Virus record (IMG/VR): IMGVR_UViG_3300035700_000486 | Coordinates: 1-52,708 of that record | DNA: 52,708 nt | Strand: one strand, 5' to 3' | Source of the DNA: a virus | Lineage: Duplodnaviria > Caudoviricetes | Shown here: positions 47,775 to 52,708 of the stretch, in pieces | Layout of the letters: each line of letters begins with the position of its first letter | How positions within the stretch are numbered: the stretch's first letter is position 1 | Notes under the pieces: generated by a model | The model's database searches: none | What the model saw: the letters and a program-made list of their open reading frames with translations, nothing else | What the model was told of the DNA's origin: nothing | Translations under genes and position numbers: made by a program

Positions 47775-49070
47775 TTATAACTTCACTCCTTTCCTTTTAT
47801 TTTTAGCTTTCACTTTTGATTCAGACTTCTTTCTTGCTTCCTCCAGATCCACTACATTACTTTCTTTTTCTTCCTCAGACTTAAACTGCTTATATCTTTC
47901 CTGTAATAACTTTTTAGCTCTACCCGGTGATAAATACGGTGCCTGAAATTTTATGTTTTTATTTAGTTTAAATATTCCGCGTCCAGGTATATCTTCCAGA
48001 TCCGCTGCCAGATTATTACCTAATACTATACGAGAATTAACTCCATCGGTAACCCTATGACAAATTTTAACCTGAGTATTTGCTTTGATCTGGCCGTCAA
48101 TCACCTGAGCATCCGGTCTCTGGGTACAAACTATAAAAAATATCCCTGCAGCTCTTCCCATCCGGAATAATTTCCCCAGCTTTGACTGTATAGCTTTACC
48201 CGTCTTTTTTTCATCTCCCACTAACATATTAGGAGACAATTCAGCATATTCATCAAAAACTACTACAATATAAGGAAAACTATTATCTGGCAACTGGTTA
48301 ACATTTGTCACTCGTTCTTCTTCCATAATTTCATACCTGTATTCCATTTGTTCTTCCACTTCAATTAAGTTATCCAGGACCTGATCATGATCTGTAGCAT
48401 AACCATTTTCATTTACATAAGGTGAATCTTTAAATATTGCCAGCTCCACTTTTTTAAGGTCATTGAGATAAAATTTTACATAATCCGGAGAATAATTCAT
48501 AATTAAAGAAGTTATCATACTTCTAATAGTGACAGATTTACCTGATCCGGAATAACCTGCTATAAGAAAATGGAGTTGCTTTTCTGCTATATCAAAAGTG
48601 ATTAATTCTTCTTTGGTGTAACCTATAGGGATCCCTAACTTCATTTTTTTAAGTTTTTTTAATATTTTCCTTGAATACGGATACTTGTTTTCAAATTTTT
48701 CTGTAATAATTTTCATGGTTAATTTTCTACCTTCAGAATTAAACTGGACTTCCGATTCCAGAGCTGTTTCTATTTCTTCTTTTCTTTTAATAAAATTTTT
48801 GGGTTTTTTGCCGTAAGGGATAGTATATTCAGCCTGGTACCCATAATCAGTTTTTTGATGATTTCTTAACCTGGGATATTCTTTAATATCTTTATTAATC
48901 TTATTATAGAGTTTAGTGTGTTCAAATACCTTGTTGAGCTTTTTCTCTGTTTCTGAACGATCATCTTCTTTTTTGAAGGCCTTGGGCAATAAACAAATAG
49001 CACTACCCAACGATCCAAAGCCTAAAATTTGCCACCATTGAGGCAACCACTGTAAAACTTCTAGATTCAT
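47775..49070 (-). CDS. FtsK/SpoIIIE-domain ATPase
   Basis: N-terminal TM; HFLIAGYSGSGKS, DLKKVEL, VFDEYAEL, GRAAGI, TQRP. Confidence 0.92.
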   Translation of the reverse strand: MNLEVLQWLPQWWQILGFGSLGSAICLLPKAFKKEDDRSETEKKLNKVFEHTKLYNKINKDIKEYPRLRNHQKTDYGYQAEYTIPYGKKPKNFIKRKEEIETALESEVQFNSEGRKLTMKIITEKFENKYPYSRKILKKLKKMKLGIPIGYTKEELITFDIAEKQLHFLIAGYSGSGKSVTIRSMITSLIMNYSPDYVKFYLNDLKKVELAIFKDSPYVNENGYATDHDQVLDNLIEVEEQMEYRYEIMEEERVTNVNQLPDNSFPYIVVVFDEYAELSPNMLVGDEKKTGKAIQSKLGKLFRMGRAAGIFFIVCTQRPDAQVIDGQIKANTQVKICHRVTDGVNSRIVLGNNLAADLEDIPGRGIFKLNKNIKFQAPYLSPGRAKKLLQERYKQFKSEEEKESNVVDLEEARKKSESKVKAKNKRKGVKL

Positions 49071-49270
49071 ATATTAAACACCATCCTCACTTGATTCAAC
49101 ATTCTGACTATCATTATTACTACTCTACTAAAAACAATTAAATAAGCAATAAAATCAACATTTTGAGTCATGTTTTCGTCATATCCCATTTTTATTAACA
49201 TTTTATTTAATAAAAAAGCTAGCATGGATACTCCGAAAGCAAACCAAATAGCAGAAATGTCAAAAGTCAT
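49067..49270 (-). CDS. Two-TM small membrane protein, SpoIIIAC/AD-like
   Basis: 67 aa: D+..I....GV....LNK.L...G.+E.......+....V+..+..+.N.V..VF pattern resembling SpoIIIAC. Confidence 0.55.
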   Translation of the reverse strand: MTFDISAIWFAFGVSMLAFLLNKMLIKMGYDENMTQNVDFIAYLIVFSRVVIMIVRMLNQVRMVFNI

Positions 49271-49377
49271 TTTCAGTTCCCCCCTTCGATATTTAATTTA
49301 ATAAAATAGATATAATTAGCATATCTATTAAATATATATTACTATGATAATAAGATTATTCACGTAATTAACAGATT

Positions 49378-49599
49378 ATGGGGGTTATGATACATATGAA
49401 AGTGAAATGCAGAATGAGTGTAATATTAGCTGAGAAGGAAATGCAGCTGAAAGATTTAAAGGAAAAGATAAATCTAGATTATAAACATCTAAGCTCTATT
49501 AAAACTGGAAATACCATGCCTACCATTCCGACAGCGTTAAAAATAGCTAAGGGACTGGAAGTAGGGTTAGATGATTTATGGGTGGAAGTGGAAAAATAA
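49378..49599 (+). CDS. XRE HTH regulator divergent from FtsK module
   Basis: ILAEKEMQLKDL...LSSIKTG..PTIPTALKIAKGL...DDLW. Confidence 0.85.
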   Translation: MGVMIHMKVKCRMSVILAEKEMQLKDLKEKINLDYKHLSSIKTGNTMPTIPTALKIAKGLEVGLDDLWVEVEK

Positions 49600-49659
49600 A
49601 ATTATTGTATAGATAACGTTATATATTGATTTATATTAATTGTATATGCAAAAATAAAT

Positions 49660-49676
49660 CCCGGCTTCTGGCCGGG
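49660..49676 (-). terminator. Terminator at the end of the accessory operon
   Basis: CCCGGC/GCCGGG stem followed by ATTTATTTTT on minus strand. Confidence 0.6.
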
Positions 49677-49684
49677 TTAATCAT

Positions 49685-50041
49685 TTAACCAGTCATAAAT
49701 TTTTTATTTTTCTTAAGTATTTCATAATTATTATTATCTAATTTTATAGTCAATTCATAATTCGGTAACTCATTTCCTTCCTGAATGTCGATATTAAATT
49801 GAATTAATCCCTTTTCTTCATCATAACTCCCCTTCAGTTTATAGTCATTATTAACCTCAAATTCTTTACAATTATTTGCTTCAAATCTTAAAAATTCATC
49901 ATCATGTTCCGTTGTAATTTTAAAATTATCAACTTCAAATCCTCTGGTTCTTGTTCTTCTTTTCCTCAATTTATATATTCCTTCTTCTTCAATAACCTTG
50001 CTGATAATACTTTTAATTTTTGCTATTTTAGTTTTAATCAT
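49685..50041 (-). CDS. Accessory hypothetical protein
   Basis: AAGGAGG RBS in conserved junction. Confidence 0.7.
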   Translation of the reverse strand: MIKTKIAKIKSIISKVIEEEGIYKLRKRRTRTRGFEVDNFKITTEHDDEFLRFEANNCKEFEVNNDYKLKGSYDEEKGLIQFNIDIQEGNELPNYELTIKLDNNNYEILKKNKKFMTG

Positions 50042-50317
50042 TTATTTTTCCTCCTTTATCAATTTCATTTTCTCATTTTTCCCTAGTTTTCTTATGCCTT
50101 CTCCGATACAATCATAATCATGTGCTTTTATTATAACTTCGTCTGTAATAGGAGTAACCTTATAGGTTGTAGCTTGCATAAACCCATTATCTTCAAAATC
50201 AACCTTTTCTTTATTTATTTTTCCTTCCAAAACTTCAAACCCTGCCGAAAAACCTCCACTGCCAAAATAAGAACCACCACTTCTTAATTTGATACTTCCT
50301 TTTTTAATTGCAATCAT
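50042..50317 (-). CDS. Accessory hypothetical protein
   Basis: AAGGAGG RBS in conserved junction. Confidence 0.7.
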   Translation of the reverse strand: MIAIKKGSIKLRSGGSYFGSGGFSAGFEVLEGKINKEKVDFEDNGFMQATTYKVTPITDEVIIKAHDYDCIGEGIRKLGKNEKMKLIKEEK

Positions 50318-50503
50318 TTATTTTTCCTCCTTTGATTTTAATTCTTTTAATTGTTCTTCATTAATCATAACTTCTGTAACTCTACCATCCGATTTATGAA
50401 ATCCTGCCCACAATTCTCCATCTTCCCTATCTACTGTAATATAATTATAATTTTCATTTAGTTGTAATTTTGTGGCTAATTTTTTATCAAATTTAAATTT
50501 CAT
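50318..50503 (-). CDS. Accessory hypothetical protein
   Basis: AAGGAGG RBS. Confidence 0.65.
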   Translation of the reverse strand: MKFKFDKKLATKLQLNENYNYITVDREDGELWAGFHKSDGRVTEVMINEEQLKELKSKEEK

Positions 50504-50597
50504 TTATTTTACCTCCTTTAATTTTTATTTTTTTAATCTTTTTTTATCCCCCTTATTATTTTCGCCGGGAGCCTATCCCGGCAGGCCGTAATGGTTT

Positions 50598-51272
50598 TTA
50601 GTTTTCTATTGTCCAGCGAAGATAGTCTAAGAGGCAGGTATCCAAATCATAATCGATAGATTCCAGTTGTTCCCGATCTAGAAAGTTTGCTTCATCACCA
50701 TATTTTTCTTCTAACATTTCATACCCTTCTTCTGGGATAATATCCTCGACCTGGAAAGGATTGTTGTTAACCCAATTACTATCCAGCGAATATAATTCAA
50801 TCCAGTTAAGCTCTGGATTAATCCGAGTATTCCCGGTCCAGGTCGTATCATGCAATTCGCCAGTTTCAGGGTCAATGAATACGTGTCCAGAGAAAGTGCC
50901 ACCGGTATTTTCATAAGCCAACCAGACTATTTCAGCTGCTCTCCATGCTTTGATGTTTTCAATTAATTTACGTTGCCTGTCAACTAGATTATCCGGATCT
51001 GGGCCGTTCAAATTTTCGTTAACTTCCTTCAACTCCTGCAATTTTTCCTTATACCATTTATAACTGCCCGGCTCTTCTTCCTTCAATTCTTTCAGAGTTC
51101 TCCAATCATACATGGTTTGTTCTTTTTTGATATTTTCAAACATTTTGTTTTCCTCCTTATTATTTTTGAAATATAAATCTAATGCTTGTCTTACAACTTC
51201 AGACTTGTTTTTCTCTTCTTCTAATTTTTGAGCTTGATCAATGCGAATATAAACTGAAATTTGAGTTTGCAT
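50598..51272 (-). CDS. RHH-like N-terminal unit in frame with an acidic protein that has its own RBS/ATG at 51143
   Basis: MQTQISVYIRIDQAQKL...KSEVVRQALDLYF is ribbon-helix-helix-like; both 51272 and 51143 have AAGGAGG RBS. Confidence 0.65.
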   Translation of the reverse strand: MQTQISVYIRIDQAQKLEEEKNKSEVVRQALDLYFKNNKEENKMFENIKKEQTMYDWRTLKELKEEEPGSYKWYKEKLQELKEVNENLNGPDPDNLVDRQRKLIENIKAWRAAEIVWLAYENTGGTFSGHVFIDPETGELHDTTWTGNTRINPELNWIELYSLDSNWVNNNPFQVEDIIPEEGYEMLEEKYGDEANFLDREQLESIDYDLDTCLLDYLRWTIEN

Positions 51273-51292
51273 TTTATTTTCCTCCTTTTTTA

Positions 51293-51673
51293 TTAACATG
51301 TATGTATTCTTTCTTCTTCCACATAACCATTAGGTTTTACAAATAAATTAACTTGATCTATATCACATTGTTCTCTTCTACTATTACAATCTGTTGTATA
51401 ACTGTAATAATTGACTCTTGAATTATTATTTTTAGCTTTGTTATATGCTTCTTGATACATTTCTATTTGTTCATTATATTTTTCTGTTATTTCATCAAAT
51501 CTTTCTTGACTCACTTCATAAATTGCTAGCCACGCTTCAGGCCGGGCAACTATTTCTTTTGCTTCTAAACCATTTCTAGCACCAATATTTTCTGCAATTA
51601 AATCATCAACCACTTTTATTTTTCCATCTACCTTAATACTAGCTTTTTTTCTATTTACTTCTACTTTTAACAT
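51293..51673 (-). CDS. Accessory hypothetical protein, first gene of operon
   Basis: AAGGGGG RBS downstream of a consensus promoter. Confidence 0.7.
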   Translation of the reverse strand: MLKVEVNRKKASIKVDGKIKVVDDLIAENIGARNGLEAKEIVARPEAWLAIYEVSQERFDEITEKYNEQIEMYQEAYNKAKNNNSRVNYYSYTTDCNSRREQCDIDQVNLFVKPNGYVEEERIHTC

Positions 51674-51725
51674 TTTTAATATCCCCCTTAATATTTTTTA
51701 ACCCCTTTTTCTATCTTGTAAATAC

Positions 51726-51754
51726 ATTATAACATGCATGCATGTACATGTCAA
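51726..51754 (-). promoter_or_regulatory. Consensus sigmaA promoter with CATG-repeat spacer
   Basis: TTGACA-TGTACATGCATGCATGT-TATAAT (17 bp, extended TG). Confidence 0.85.
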
Positions 51755-52182
51755 ATATATATTAATATTCTTTTAAAAATAACCCCGGGCAATCCCCAAC
51801 ATATCAGCAACCTTAAAATTAGGCAAATTTTTTATAAAAAAGTTAATGTTTAAATTTTCAGACTTTTAAAGACAAAAAAATACTAAGGTGGAAATCTTTT
51901 GTGCAATTTTGATAGTATCCAAAGAAAAAATAATAACTTATAACTCACGCTCAAATACTTTTTCCATTTCATTTGATATACTATCATAACCACCCCAATT
52001 TCTTATATTTTCTAAATCTTTTTCAACTTCTTCAAAACTTTCCTGGTCCTGGCCAGTTATTTCTATTTCAATCAACTTGATCATACCTTCTACAGAAATA
52101 TACTGGCCATTAATTTTATACCTACCTATATTAAATTCTATATTTTTACTTTTAAGTTTATCAATTAATTTTTTAAATAATT

Positions 52183-52455
52183 CTATTTTAACTTTTTTAC
52201 TTTTTTATCTTCCAATATATTTTCAACTTCTTTGGTATCATCTGATACAGAGTGTATTTTCATAATTAATTTTTCAATGTACTCTGGTACTTCCAATTCT
52301 GTTTCTTCCAAAATTTCTACAAAAGCATCAATTAAGATGTTAACGATCTTAAAATAAACAGTTTTTTTGTAAAAATTAGTCAATATAAAAACAATAACAG
52401 CTCCAATTACACTTGTTACCGCAGGATTTGAAAGCAAATTAATTATTTCTTCCAT
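52183..52455 (-). CDS. Holin-like single-TM lysis protein
   Basis: Directly downstream of endolysin; N-terminal TM; basic C-terminus. Confidence 0.6.
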   Translation of the reverse strand: MEEIINLLSNPAVTSVIGAVIVFILTNFYKKTVYFKIVNILIDAFVEILEETELEVPEYIEKLIMKIHSVSDDTKEVENILEDKKVKKLK

Positions 52456-52475
52456 GAAAGATCATCTCCTTTAAA

Positions 52476-52708
52476 TTATTTTCTTCCACCCCAGGTGGCA
52501 AAATTACCATCCCTAACATCCAGATGAATAAAAGTGTTATATAATCCAATCCCATTAAATCCTATCTTTCTGGCCAGATTCCCAATAGTTTCAATATCCA
52601 ATTTTTGATTATGCAAACTAATATCAGCTGCTTTTCCTAATTTGTGTTGACTATGTTTAGCACCACCGACTTGCTTATTCCTTTCAGGACACCTATAACC
52701 AGAATTAA
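52476..52708 (-). CDS. Endolysin, peptidase M15A family (3' part)
   Basis: NSGYRCPERNKQVGGAKHSQHKLGKAADI...FIHLDVR. Confidence 0.88.
   Translation of the reverse strand, partial: NSGYRCPERNKQVGGAKHSQHKLGKAADISLHNQKLDIETIGNLARKIGFNGIGLYNTFIHLDVRDGNFATWGGRK

Larger units (their letters stand above)
1..52708. mobile_element. Temperate siphovirus-type phage genome (partial), probably excised/circular arrangement
   Basis: Terminase-portal-capsid-tail tube-tape measure genes with no sheath; lysogeny module; lysis genes lie beyond the integrase with no host housekeeping genes. Confidence 0.93.

Noticed and set aside
15658-49067. Antisense targets of the TTCTAGAT loops at the starts of the portal (15658) and FtsK (49059) genes
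   Set aside because: Only 9-nt matches, expected by chance in 52 kb of AT-rich DNA
49271-49377. Sporulation sigma promoter for the FtsK module
   Set aside because: GAATA and CATAGTA elements are present but only 10 bp apart, which does not fit sigF/G/E/K spacing
1-52708. DGR, retron, IS or group I/II intron
   Set aside because: No reverse transcriptase, transposase or homing endonuclease motifs seen in the ORF track

Overview
The whole window is a temperate siphovirus-type phage of an AT-rich Firmicute; a Halanaerobiales-like host is inferred from the very acidic virion proteins and the M15A endolysin. Almost all genes are on the minus strand. Reading right to left: endolysin/holin, an accessory operon, a SpoIIIAC-like/FtsK/replication-relaxation module, tRNA-Pro(CGG) and a candidate attP, then a plus-strand lysogeny module (repressor, ImmA, lipoprotein, large serine integrase). 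The early operon follows (Cro, antirepressor, two structured non-coding elements, SSB, split SbcC, SbcD, RecD2, ScpB-like/tyrosine recombinase fusion, primase-helicase and origin, RusA, dCTP deaminase, late activator), then packaging, head and tail genes. Lysis genes lie beyond the integrase with no host genes in between, so the genome is probably in its excised or circular arrangement. The most unusual signals are: (1) an anticodon-less tRNA mimic with a duplicated D-arm/T-loop module, next to a ~150-nt structured RNA and a boxA-like site; (2) an ScpB-like winged helix fused to a Xer-like recombinase near a two-gene Rad50/SbcC; (3) the SpoIIIAC-like/FtsK/relaxase module; (4) a cassette-like accessory operon under a perfect sigmaA promoter. 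Three genes are broken by one extra base in a homopolymer, which suggests sequencing error. All family calls come from motif recognition by eye, not database searches.
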